Below are positions 11,824 to 24,200 of a stretch of DNA of 64,000 nucleotides, piece after piece; the first letter of the stretch is position 1; every line of letters starts with the position of its first letter. The stretch covers positions 62,001 through 126,000 of the forward strand of contig NW_026515704.1 in the NCBI RefSeq assembly GCF_025526975.1. The letters run 5' to 3'. The DNA comes from Fimicolochytrium jonesii. Taxonomy: Eukaryota. Below the pieces are notes generated by a model. That model did no database searches, was not told where the DNA came from, and was given only the letters and a program-made list of their open reading frames with translations. The position numbers and the translations under genes were made by a program.

Positions 11824-14113
11824 CGATGGGCCTGTTTCTTCGGAATTTGTGGTATCGGTCGTCGGTGTTGCAGCGTTCCTGACAATATGAACGTTGGAAT
11901 CGAAATACATATGAGGTGGGGCTTTTCTGGTCGCTGTCGCCCTCACACCTCATTCTTGAGAAGGCTCGAGTCGTGCGTGTGCTCGCTCATCTCCGCATAC
12001 TTCTCCGTTGGGTGAAGTGATGCCTGTCCGCAAATAATCTTGCACTGTGCCACTGCACTTTCGACCATATCGCTCCTGTCCCGTGAACCGGCTATCTTGA
12101 CGGTACATCATGAGTTGCACATACCTTTCTTCCTTCTTCTCCGGCCTGCTAGCGGAGGCCATAGTACGCCGTACCCAGCGGACATTCGAGTCACTCCTCC
12201 TCCCAAAAGCCAAACAGAAGGGGTGCATTCGAGCAAAGAGCGTCTGCAAGAGCAGCGGCCTACTCATTCTTGCAAGCATAGCCGGCCAGTCCTCCAGGTG
12301 AGTGGCCCCCCTCGAGAATGGGTCGATGTCCTTCCCACTTGCCAGATGTCTCGACGCCTGAACTTCCGTCGCAAGGAACCCCACACTCCATATACTGTAC
12401 AACCAACTTTCAGACTCGAAGCCACGTTCTGACAGAAACCGACACTTTCCTCCACTCGTCACACCCGAGGTTGCATACGGACAATGCAACGCAGGCGCTA
12501 AGTATATCTAAAAGCTTTCACAAGTCGTCGTATGGGGACTGCAACGTACCTTGCAATACAGCTTCAATCAATAGCAACAACAGCAACATCGAGAAGAACA
12601 ACACAAGTCAGTTTACATGTTCTCCGTTATGCACTTTATATCCTCTGAATCTCCGGCATCTAATCCATTTCATCTAAAAGCGGTATGTTACATGCCAGCA
12701 GGATGTCATGCTTGTCCGCTGCAGTGCGGGCTTGAGGGTACTCTACTGTGTTAGGCCAAAAAAAGTCGACAGTACACTCTACTAGGTGGTGGCGCTCTGA
12801 GCATGAGCGGCTTGCGTATCTATTGGTACGCGGAGTGGATGGTGACCCCAGTTGGCGAGGATCTCGAAGCGATCCCCGTCTCAAAGATGCCAATGCTTCA
12901 GTCTTTAATAGGTGAATCCGCCGACCGAATAAGCATATGTTTGTGACCACCGTGACGGGTCTTCTTGGGACGCTGATACCAGCGGAAGGCGAAATTGAGA
13001 AGCGGCCCTGGGTACGGATCTCGCTCGGGATGCAAACAAGTAGTTCACATCACGAGAAGGGTGCGGATGATATAACATGGTGGGGTGGCGTAAGGCCTCC
13101 GATTCACGTTGTTGGGCGTCAATGCAGCGATCAAGGTTGCGAATCTCCCTCTCGGGTGGAGAACAGGGAGTCGGATAGGGTGTACATTCATGGACATGGC
13201 ACGCGGACTCGTCTCGCTTTGGGATTGCCTGATCACTCGAGAGGTTTTCGTTCGCCAGAACGTTTTGGATCCTTTCGCTTGCGACGGCCATTGCTTTCGG
13301 TGTGCGACGATGTCTTGCTCGGGTTCCGCTTGGAGCACAGCGAGACCCCTGCACTCGGGCCTTCCCCTCGGGCCCTTACGCGTCGTCGCTGTCCTTCGAC
13401 TTGGAGTACATCCATATTGCAAGCTCAACAGCAATCTTTGACTAAGCCCTCTTTCCTAAGCCCCAAAATCGCCCCTCCTCTCCACCACCAACGACCACCA
13501 ATGCTGTGCGTCTCGCCGAAGTTCCCTGCTCTTCCGCTTCCTCGTTTCCTTTCTGTCAACTGTCCTCTCACGCCTGCACTTATCGCTGCAGCCGGGGAAC
13601 TTGCGCCATGGCTGGTCTGCGTGGAAGCAAGCGCTCACGACAGCGTACAGGAGCGAGTCGCGGTGTTGGCGACCGTGGATGTGGGACAGGTTTGAGGCGG
13701 CGCGGGTGTCGCGGGTGCAGTCGGGGTCCATCGCAGACGGGTATAGTATGTGACGATGGAGGATCGTTTGGGTGTTGCTTCTGGCGTCGTGTCCCAGGGC
13801 TATGAGGTGGGAGGGCGGAACCAAAGACTTTGAGAACATATGCGCTATTGAGATTCTCCAGCCCTGGCGCACGGCAGACGGCCAGACTACCGCCAGAGAG
13901 GTGCGCGCGCGATGGAGGCTTCTCCTCCTCACAATGCCTGAAGCCTTGGCGGCCTCAGCCTCTGCCGCTGTGGACAAGCGAGCATATTGACAGTTTCATA
14001 GAAGAGCATTTTGACAGGACCCGAAGGTCGGTCAGCGAGCAAACCTACCTATTCGAGAACTACGCAGTTATGCTTAGCCCAACTTCAAAACTCGGGCAAT
14101 CCGAGACCCATCC

Positions 14114-14123
14114 AAAACAAAAA
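14114..14123 (-). terminator. RNA polymerase III oligo-T terminator of tRNA-Arg
   Basis: TTTTTGTTTT immediately 3' of the tRNA on the minus strand. Confidence 0.8.
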
Positions 14124-14196
14124 CGATTCTACCAGGAGTCGAACCTGGAATCTCCTGTTCCGTAGACAGGCGCCTTGACCATTGGGCCATAGAACC
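14124..14196 (-). tRNA. tRNA-Arg (anticodon ACG), intronless
   Basis: Reverse complement GGTTCTA TG GCCCAATGGTCAAGGC G CCTGT CTACGGA ACAGG AGATT CCAGG TTCGACT CCTGG TAGAATC G folds as a cloverleaf. Confidence 0.97.
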
Positions 14197-15856
14197 GTTC
14201 GATATCCGCATGTTTTGTTGTAAATACATTCACTAAAAATGCAAATGTGTAAGAAAAGGTGGTCAAATTTGGCCTGGCGCCGCTCGGAGGTGTGAAAAAT
14301 CCATGTGTCACGTGACGTTCGCGTGGGCAATTTGGGAAGCTCCCCGTCAAGAGACTTCCGGTGTGGATCGTGATGAGCGACCGGTCTTAGTGTCGGAGAG
14401 TTTTTCGACGACATATCGACCAAGACGTTGCAGGATTGGGTGTAGTACGGCAAAATGAACGAAAACCCCTTCAGCACAGGACGTCAAAGAGACGACGGAT
14501 GGAGGTGGAGATACGACGCGATGGAGGATGTCTGCAATTTCGGACTAGACCCTCTATTGTAGCGGGCTGTTGAACATCTCCAGGAAGAAAACTAGGGTAG
14601 CCCTCCTAGCTATCGGTGTGAATAAACGAATGTGGTCGGGAAAGCCGGGCTCTTGCACCCCATATGGCGAAACTGATATTTTCTATGCTCGATCCATGCG
14701 AACTCTCCCAACCTCATGCCCAACGCATCCAACTCGTTCTGCGTCGCGGCCTTCTCATGTCCTGCGACCCGCCGGCCAGGAATAGTAACCCATGACTACC
14801 CTGCAGCTTGCATCGGTCAAGATTCCCGCAGAGCTCCCCTTTTGCTGCCCAGAAGCCTAACCGTTGGTCTGCAGTGTCCAACACGATCGTGGCCATCTTG
14901 AACCCCGACCGGTGCTGCGCCACTGACAGCGTTTTGACAACTTCTGGACGGTTCGCAGGTCTCACGAACCCCATTGGTCCTCAACCGACCAAGACAAAAG
15001 CCTTCTGCATTCTGTCCTCCGAACGGTTGCATTCCCGGCCCTATACCCATAAAAATGTATGAGAGCTTCCCCATCAGTGCGTAACAGGAAGAGACGGCCA
15101 AGTTGGCAAAACCGACAGGGGAGGTTTATTCGCCTGGGGATCGTCACTAGAGAGGTCATTTCCCCAAAACCCAAAGGGGGGACTGATACCCTCTCTACCA
15201 GAACATCATGCATCCGATGCGCGATCTCCTATTCCCACATGCGTTCGCCGCAAGAGAGGACCATAGAACCGCGACCGTTTACAGTTGTGAAGACGGGGGC
15301 CACACTTGCACATGGCGGGCTGGTTGGTGTCTGTCCCGCACGCTGTGCCCCTCTACAGGGCTTGTCGGACGCGGACCGCTGGTCACTACGGTGCTCCGAC
15401 CCACCTTCTGTGACCCTGATGGATGGGAGTGGTGCGTGGATTGCCGCAGCGCTGGGAGATCTGAATCCCGGAGTGTCACCCCGACCCATCTACCCGCCTA
15501 GATTCGGGAGGCGTACATCGGATGAGAAAAGATGGCCCGGAGACGGTAAAATCTCCGAATTTCGCGCCCGCTCAACATGTCCCCCGTTGCGAAGAAAACC
15601 CCGGCCCACAATGTTCACGTTTCACGTACGTAGAGATATGGTTTTTGCTCTGAGAAAGCGTAAAGCATTATGTACAAGGACGTAAGGAAAGGGGAAAGGG
15701 GAGACGAAAAAGCAAAGCTCGTTTGTACAGATGCAAAGAATGTGCGGGGGAATATATAACGTAAAGAAGACCCGAAAGGAGGAAGAGATGGGATGAAACG
15801 GGGAAGAGTTCAAAGTGTGCTTTGTGGTAAGAGTTCAGTATTCGTTAGAGAGCAAT

Positions 15857-17092
15857 CTACCACCCATAAGGCAACTCGCCGCCATTATTCCTCCTCGCGG
15901 CCTTCTCGAGCTCGTAGCACTGTTCGATGGCCCTGCGGGTGTAACCGGAGCTCTGGCCGGGGGCGCAGGCGATGGAGATGCATTGCTTGAGGGTGGCCGA
16001 GTGGGTGGAGTAGAAGTGGGATTTGGCGGAGGAGCATTTGTCGGAGTAGGAGTAGTCTTTGTTATTGCCGCCGTAGGAGGAGGGGGAGGTGTACGAGTAG
16101 TCGTCTTTTTTGTAGTCGTCCTTCTTGTAGTCGTCCTTTTTGTAGTAGTCGTCCTTTTTGTTGTAGTCGTCCTTCTTGTAGTAGTCGTCCTTTTTGTAGT
16201 CGTCCTTCTTGTAATCGTCCTTCTTGTAATCATCCTTTTTGTAACCCCAACCCTCCTTCTTGTAATCATCCTTCTTCCAGTCCTCCTTCTTGTAGTTATC
16301 CCCCTTCTTATAATCGTCCCCCCCACTCCACGGCGTATAGGGCGCGGCCGCAAACGACCCATAGTACTTCTTCCCCTCCTTCTTGTACTCCTCCTTCTTG
16401 TACTCCCCCTTCTCGGGCTGCTGCTTGGACATATCCACGATGCGGATGGACCGCGCAAGCACGGGGTTCTCGAACGCGGCGGTGGCGACGGGGTTCTTGA
16501 AGATGCGAGTTGCGCGGACGCAGTCCTGGGCGGTGTAGAAGAACAGTTTCACGTTGTCGTTGCCTCCGTATGAGGAGCCCGCGACGGAGTCGATGGAGGC
16601 CTTGATGACGCCGGCTTGGAGTTTGGGGTCCGGGTTGTCCTCGATGTTGAAGCAGCCTTGCATGTTGATGTTGCCGTCGCCGAGGGTTTGCACGGGCTTG
16701 GAGGTGTACGAGGACGATGCGCCGTAGGAGTCTTTTGCGGGCGCGAGCGTGATGGTTGCGGTGGGGCCTTTGCTGTACGAGCCTCCGTAGGAGTTCTCTT
16801 TGCCGTAGGAGTTCTCCTTACCGTATGAGTTCTCCTTACCGTAGGAGTTCTCCTTGCCATAGGAATTCTCCCTGCCATATGAATTCTCCTTCCCGTACGA
16901 GTTCTCCTTGCCGTAGCCGGAGCCCTCGTACTTCTTCACGTCGTAGTTCTGTTTGTAGCCGTCGTCCTTCTTCCAGTCGTCCCCGCCGTAGGGCTTGGAT
17001 CCGTAGTCGGAGCTGGGGGGGTTGTAGGAAGGTGCGGCGAGGGCGGTGCCGGCGAGGGCGAGGCCGAGGAGGGCGAGGGTGGTTGTGTGCAT
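15857..17092 (-). CDS. Secreted Tyr/Lys/Asp-rich tandem-repeat protein (411 aa)
   Basis: Signal peptide MHTTTLALLGLALAGTALA; 7 x YG(K/R)ENS; many KKDDY-like pentamers; 4-Cys C-terminal domain; repeat units vary mainly at synonymous sites, supporting coding status. Confidence 0.9.
   Translation of the reverse strand: MHTTTLALLGLALAGTALAAPSYNPPSSDYGSKPYGGDDWKKDDGYKQNYDVKKYEGSGYGKENSYGKENSYGRENSYGKENSYGKENSYGKENSYGKENSYGGSYSKGPTATITLAPAKDSYGASSSYTSKPVQTLGDGNINMQGCFNIEDNPDPKLQAGVIKASIDSVAGSSYGGNDNVKLFFYTAQDCVRATRIFKNPVATAAFENPVLARSIRIVDMSKQQPEKGEYKKEEYKKEGKKYYGSFAAAPYTPWSGGDDYKKGDNYKKEDWKKDDYKKEGWGYKKDDYKKDDYKKDDYKKDDYYKKDDYNKKDDYYKKDDYKKDDYKKDDYSYTSPSSYGGNNKDYSYSDKCSSAKSHFYSTHSATLKQCISIACAPGQSSGYTRRAIEQCYELEKAARRNNGGELPYGW
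16095..16320 (-). repeat. Coding tandem repeat, 15-18 nt units (KKDDY/KKDDYY)
   Basis: Repeated gtagtcgtccttctt-like units on the + strand. Confidence 0.9.
16790..16915 (-). repeat. Coding tandem repeat, 7 x 18 nt (YGKENS)
   Basis: Directly visible 18-nt periodicity. Confidence 0.95.
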
Positions 17093-18205
17093 TATTGGGT
17101 GTTGCTTAGGGGATGGTATTAGGAGATAGTATTAGGGATTGATGTGATGATGGGTTGCTGGATGTAGAAGCTGCTGGATGCTGTTGCTGTTGAGCGGTGG
17201 TAGTTGGGTGGGTGATGAGAGGAGGGGATGGAGGACTACCCTGCCTGCTTTTATATCCCGAGGATCAGCATCTGGGTCGCTCAAGGCCTGGACCCTCCCT
17301 CGCTGCTGCTGCTCGCGGCAGGTCCAGTGTCCCACAGCATGAGGTTGGTTGCTCCCATGCACGCAAAGTTGCGAACTTTGTGCGAAGGAACGAACCCCTT
17401 CGGAGCCTCGCTGCGGTGAACATTCAGCCACGTCTACTGTATTACCCCAGGTGCCCGCGGGTATCGAACACTACTTTTTTTGCGCTCCTGCTGCGCTTGA
17501 TGTACAGTGTGTAGATGTAGCGAACGGAGGGTGGGTTCCCTCCGGGCGACGGGGGGTTGACCGTTTTTCGTGCGGCAGACCGTTTGCCGGCCTCAACAAC
17601 ACAGCCCGAGTTTCCGTCCTTCCCAGCGAGTGCAGCATTTTGCGCGATGCAACACCCAGCAGGCCAAGACGCGTGGGGGATAGTTCTTCGCGTTCGGCGG
17701 GGAGGCTTCCCTCTGAGCGTGTTCTCCAGTCGATCCCTGAATCTGCCTGCGGTCGACGATCTCCAACGGCGCGCCGTCAAGAGGGCTTGGGCTTCTGGAC
17801 CGCGTTGACCGCAACTGGGACGATCTGCACAGCCCTCCGTTTATAATATCGAAGTTATATTCACAGGCCACGTGACGGATGCTTACGTGAGCATCAAACG
17901 CGCTCCCTCCGCCCCCCTGCTCTCTCTCTCACATCAGTGCGGGTGGAAGTGAGAAGTCGCCGGGTTCTCACTCAACAGACATGCAAATTTCTCTCGCCAG
18001 AATGTTTCAGGTGGGCGCCCGGCTATGGGGCAGAACCCCAAAGCAGGGCAGCTGCCCATGTTGTTTCCGGCAGCTTCTCGAGATCGTGGAGGCTCTCATC
18101 TCCAACACACAAGGGCCGTGCGTCGACGAACAGTTCGTGTTTCCCAACACCTGCAACCCATCCCTTCCTCTGAACGAACACCGGGACACATACAGTCCAC
18201 CCACG

Positions 18206-20446
18206 ATGTCGTCGCCGCCACGCCCGCTCCCGCACGACATCCTCCTGCACCTCTTCTCCTACATGTACCGCACGCCGCCGCACCACCCCGCGACCCTCGA
18301 CACGTGTCGGCGAGTGTGCCGCGGGTGGAGGGCGGCGGTTGACTGGGTGTGGGAGAGACCTCTGCGGGGGGTGCGCGATGGGTGGGGGCGTGTGACGGGG
18401 AGGGAGGGGGTGTTTGATTTGGGGTGTACGGGTGCGAGGGGGGTGGCGGTGGGCGTGGGGGGTGGGGAGGCGGAGGGGGATTTTGTTGTGAGGCTGGTGA
18501 GTTACATATGCGCGCAAGGCGAGCTGCGTCGGCTACCACCTACTTGCTGGTGGTCTCGGATACTTTACCGCTGGTTCTTCCACATGGGGTATAGATGATG
18601 GCTAACCCCTCGCTGTCTTGTAGATGCTCCACCCCACCCAACACGGCGGCGCCCTCCTCAGCTACCACACCCGCACCTCCACCACACCGTCCGACTCCCA
18701 TGTCGTCTTCCTCGACGGCAGCTCGGGCCTCGAGTCCCTCCAAGCCGCGCTACGCCGCATGGGCCGAATCCGGACCGACGACCGGCGTCTTCGAGAACGA
18801 TGGATGGGCGATAATACTCCGGGACGGTTGATGAGCAGCGCGGACTGGATGGCTGCGCACACACCCGAGGGAGACGGCAAGGAAACGGTAGAGGAGGATG
18901 AAGACATCCCATTCGATGTACCCGACACCGACAGCGACGCGACGTTGATGGCAGCCGAGTCAGACGCGGAGGACGACGCGGAAAACACGCTGTTCTTCCA
19001 CGGCGCCGAGGTCGTTTCGCAATGTCTCGCGCTCCGGGCTTCAGAGATCGCCGAGCTGGTTCCCGCCGTCCCCAACACACAGCGGGGGGGAATACACCAG
19101 CATTGTGTTCGGGGGTATACCCTCCCGACGACCGGTGGGGATGATGCATTGACGACGGGGGGAGGAGGGGTGGCCAGGGAGTGGTGGGAATGCGCGGGTG
19201 AGGATGCGGTTGGGTGGAGACATGATGTGGGGGTGTGGGGTAGGGAGGGGAGGTACGTGGGCGCCGTGGGCGCTGCGAGCGAGGACGAAACCCGGGAGGG
19301 CGGTGAGCGGGATTGGTATACCCGACTACGAGCGGGTCACTCTGTGCCCGGGCCGTCGTCGTGCGCTCCCGCCGAGGATGGACATCCAGCTGTTTCGCCG
19401 TACGCCATGGCGGGTCTGATCATCGGCAGCGATGCGGGACTGCAGGCCCTGTCCCGGTTCCTGATCCCACGATCGGACGACCGGACGGCGCCGCGGTACC
19501 TTTTCGCAGTGGTAAGCCCCCATATCCGCTCTCCATGTTTTGGCGTCTCGCGTCTTGTATATGAATCTCATCCATGTGTTTCCAGCTTCCGCCGTTACCC
19601 TCCCTCGTCCCGCCGTTACCGGATCTCGCACCAAGCTCGGTTCACCTTCACCGGCGAGGAAGTCTCCCGGCCGTCTCTCCACCGGGATCCGACGAATCCG
19701 CGCCGACTGACAAAAGCACACAGACTAGCTCCACCCCCCGCGCCTCCACCCCCGGGCAAACCACCGCACAAGGCCCCACACCCATCACCCCCCCTTCGCA
19801 GCCGTGCACCGCCCATAAAGAGAACCCCTACGCCCACTTCACCGCCACGTTCTACATCCTCCCCGACACACCCACCCTCTGCGCCCACACCTCCTCCACC
19901 GACCCCGCCACCCGCCCTCTTGTGGAGGCCGACATCGCGCAGCATATGATCGTCTCGGAACCCTCGGCCGACTTGACCGCGCCTGTACGCACCACACGCA
20001 CGGTGGGGACGCAAACCCCGCCCCCTCCCACGGGTGTATGTCGCGGCACGCAAACCTCCACAGCAGAATCCGATGACGGTGACGGTGACGATCTCGTGCA
20101 AAAGCGGACACGCCACCTCGTCGATACCATAACGCGTATTCTGGCCGCGCGGGACTCGCACAGCCGTCAAACGCACGACCAGGGCGTGTTGTTGCCGCCG
20201 CCCGTGTACATCCTCCTCCCGTCGGCGTGCGCCGCCTTCCACGCGGTCCTCACGGGGCGTGCGCACAGGCGCATTTCGCCGCGGTATCGAGGGTATGCGT
20301 TGTTGGCGCTCGCCCACGACGGCGAGGCGTTTGGCGTGGATGTGGCGGGCAAGGGGGGGAGGGTGGGTGCGGCGGGGGTGGTGTATGGGGGGGTGCGCGG
20401 GGTGGATGGGAATGGGGGGAGGGTGAGGGTTGTGGGCGGGGTGTGA
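18206..20446 (+). CDS. F-box domain protein; exons 18206..18496, 18624..19511, 19586..20446
   Basis: N-terminal LPHDILLHLFSYM...LDTCRRVCRGWR F-box pattern; GTGAGT..TAG and GTAAGC..CAG introns are both phase 0 and keep frame. Confidence 0.75.
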
Positions 20447-21265
20447 TGTGGAGGGCGTTGATGGTGCCCCCTTATGCGCCTATTATGCGACAAGGTGTTT
20501 TGTTTGGAGGTTGACGGTGGGGGATCACGTTGAGGAGGGTTAGTTAGATAGTTCGATAGGCAGGAACATGAGAGAGTAGGATATTTGCAGTATTTGTTTC
20601 TGTGATGGAAAATTGACGGGGGTTGGTTGACACTTTTTGATGCTTCTGAAAGGGAGAAAAGGAAGGCCAGTTGAACAGAGTGAGTCAGAATCACGTGCAG
20701 TCACGCTCCCTGCGCACGTCGGGTTTAATCCGCGTGAGAGTGAGAGTGAGAGTGACTCCCCTTTTGCGAGAGAAAGAAGAGCGCGCGCGATTGATTTAGA
20801 CATCTTGAGAATGTTTCCATCGGTTGTTTGATTAGAGTTCATGAGGGATGTTGGATTCATAGTAGTGCCACTCAACCACTACCACCTACCACTACTACTC
20901 CTACTACTACTACTACTCACTCCCTCATCAGCGCCTACGCAGGGAAAGTGCGCTTGTCGTTTTCGCTCTCTCGCAGGTGGGACGGACTCTTATTACACTC
21001 ACGCACACAAGCGGCTGGCCACCCCCCCCCGAGTGCTCGCTCCCCTATCGGCATACCTCCATATCCGTGCGCTACCGGAAGTGTCACTGACAGTCAGACA
21101 GTCCCTCGCCCGCCCCGCCCGCCCGCAGCTGAGCTTAGTAGTAGAGAGCGCTGGCCGCTTTTCTCTCAAGCAACTCGGCACTGCATACATACTTTGGGAA
21201 CTCACCCACCACCACTCCTCCAAAGAAACGACGACACTTATACCCCACCCACAACCAACACAACT

Positions 21266-24200
21266 ATGCCCTTCTGGAACCGCTCAAAGTCTCGCTCAAA
21301 GAGCAAGAAGCGCAACAGGGCCACCACTCCGCCTCCTGACAGCTACAGGCACGCCGAGCACCTCATGCCCCCGCCCAGGAGCTTCTTTGGACTGGGTTCG
21401 AGGAAGGGGACTCCGTCGCCGTCGAGCAGTCCGTCCAGAGGGAGTGGGAGTGCGAATAGTTATAGTGCGGACGCGGATAGGGGGAGGCAAGGGAGGAATG
21501 ATCATTCTAGGTAAGGCCCCGCGAATGAAGCGTTCCGAGCGAGTTCCAAGCGGAGCAAGGAGGAATGCTCGAGGGACCGGGCTGTAGGCCCAGGAACGCT
21601 TGAGAGTTGGTTCGTCTTGACTGATCCATCTCCCTCGCTTCTTAGACAAGGCTACGGCAAACCCCTCCCACGCCCCTCCCTCGAAAACCTCTCCTCCACC
21701 ACCACCACCACCACCGACTCCTGGGACGCCCTCTTCAACCTCTCCTCCCGCCCCTCCACCCCCACCGTCCCTTCCACAACGACAAAAAACACAACAGACG
21801 TAGTCGTCGTCACATCCACCGGCCCCATGTACATCATCAGCTGCGATCGGTATAATACCGTGCAGTGGTTGTTGGAGGAGACGGCAAAGAAGCTGCCGAA
21901 GGATCATGCCGAGTTGGTGGAGATTAGGGCGCCGGATGGGAGGAGGGCCGGGGTGGGGGAGAAGGTGCTTGATGTTTGTGGGGCGAATAAGGTAATTTTG
22001 AGGGAGTTCCGACCGGAGCGAGGAGAAGGGGAGCCGTGAGCGAAGCGAGCGATGGTGGCCTTTGTGACTTCGCTCGCTACGCTACTGCCCGCCCACCGCA
22101 GCCCAACATCCTCGTCGCGATCGTTTGCGCCCAACGTCATACCTCGTCTTTGCAAAAGCTTGCGCTTACGACATACGTACTCACACCCTCACCCTCTCCC
22201 GTAGATTCTGGTGGCAACAGTAGCAACCCCCGATTACACAGGTCGCGCCTCGCTCGACTCACCCTCCGGTTACATCCGTAACAAACGCGAAAGCGTCGCC
22301 CTCGACTACCTCACCTCCCGCGCCGGCGGCAGCGACCGCTCCACAACTGCCCTAACCGAACGCCGCATTTCCGTTGGCAACGAAGGCGACGAAGCCCGCA
22401 GATTCACAAGCACCGGCCGGCTGAAAGAGCGACGGGGTAGTAACAGTAACACACACCCTGATCATCACAGATTGTCAACTTCCTCACGGACCCTCTTCGA
22501 AGACTCCCCACCACCCCTCCCACCACCATCTACCTCCCGCCGCCGCCCCAGCCTCCTCCCAGACTCCCCCGACGACCGCCCCGTCTCGCCCTTACGCCGT
22601 GACCTCCCTTCCCGCACTAGCCGCGACCTCCACCTCCTGTCCTCAACCACAACCGACGACTACATCAACAGCAGCAGAAGCAGCTCCGACACCTCCCGCG
22701 GCCGTCGAAGCCGCGACGACCGGCGGGATACGTACGGAAGCGGGACGGGGAGTGAGTATATGCCATCCAGACTTAGCAGCGACGTTTCCCGCCGGACGAG
22801 CCGGGGCGAGCCCACTGACCTATCAGATCCATACCGCTCCTCGGTGGTCTCGTCACGGCAGAGTAGGGAAGAGCTGCTCTCATCGTCGTCGGGTAGGAAT
22901 AGTGGGGATCTAGGTATGACCGCGAGACCGACACGCACGGCGTCACGCATGTCCGGCCTGGACAGCGTGATGGAGGATTTGGCGAAGATGGTGGACGTCG
23001 ACGGAAACCCGTGGGATGCCACTCTCCCTCGTCCTACCACCTCTACGTCTGCGTCAAATGAGGGGATGTTGGGTGATGGGATGGTCCAGGAACCGACCCA
23101 CACGACGACATCGAAGAGTAAACGAACGTCACCACTAGCCATCAACATCTCCCGCACCGGCACACCCGTACCGCCAACACACCGAAGTAGTGTGGATAGG
23201 AAGTTGACGGAAGTGTTGAATGAGATTGGGATGGAGGTGGATGATGCTTTGGGTGTGCTCTCCCCGACGGCGGTGGACGCGCCGCCTTCGACGCCTGTGG
23301 ATCCGGACGATATGGAAATGGATGAAAGCCCGAAGAAACGAGCCGCGAGGAATAAACGCCTGACGAGGATTTCCAGGGCTAGTGCGTTGGATATATATAC
23401 CGCTTTGGGTACGTCACAACGCATCGTATAACATATCGTTTCTATTGTCTGCGGGTGGACTCACAAGTATTTTGTTCTTCCCGTCCTGCAGAACAACAAT
23501 TACAAGACGAATCATCCGCAACGGACCAACCCTCCAACCAGCAGTTGAAAACCCCAGACGCGGAAACGGCCGCCGCCCGTCGCGTGAGCAGGATCTCGCG
23601 CGCGTCGGCTTTGGAGGTTATCAGCAGCATCCACGCATCGGATCACGAGTCCGACTCCGACTCTGACACCCCGCAGGAGCCGGACGATGTCGAGGATGCG
23701 ATGATCTCACCCGCTCCGCCGGCGAATACGACTGTGAATGGGAATACTGCAGCGGCCGCCGCGTTGCCGCCAAAGGAAGATATCCGCATCCTCCTCCGCG
23801 GCCCGCCGAAGAAGGCGCAGGGGCCGGGAAGGCGGCCGAGGAGGGCTAGCCGCTCTTACCCCTCCCCCTCGTCCAATCCCCCGCCACAACAACAACAACA
23901 GCCGACATTACACCATCACAGCTCGACCAGCTCGTTGGATGCGATTCTACCGACGCCGGCGCCGACGCCGCCCGTTGGGGAGGGTGGGGAGGAGAGAGGG
24001 AGAGGGGTGGTTGTTGTGCTTGCGCCTGTTGTTCCGGCGGCGGTTAGGGAGGACGGGTGTGAGCACGGTATGGCCAAGGGGAAGGAGAGGAAAGTGGGGC
24101 AGGAGGTGGATAAGACGCCCGCTGCTGAGATGCCCGTGGGAGAGAAGGACGGCGAGGAGCGGATCGGGATCACGCCTGCCGCAGAGAAGGAAGCGGATGA

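Noticed and set aside
12000..14050. Several overlapping ORFs of 100-250 aa
   Set aside because: No motifs, host-like codon pattern or consistent splice structure; not called as genes.
14500..15650. Possible structured ncRNA or retroelement relic (several short hairpins such as TAGAGAGG/CCTCTCTA)
   Set aside because: No RNase P/MRP, SRP, snRNA, telomerase-template or reverse-transcriptase signature could be recognised.
16095..16915. Regular short repeats resembling a CRISPR array
   Set aside because: Units are contiguous multiples of 3 without unique spacers and lie within a coding ORF; no cas genes; eukaryotic context.
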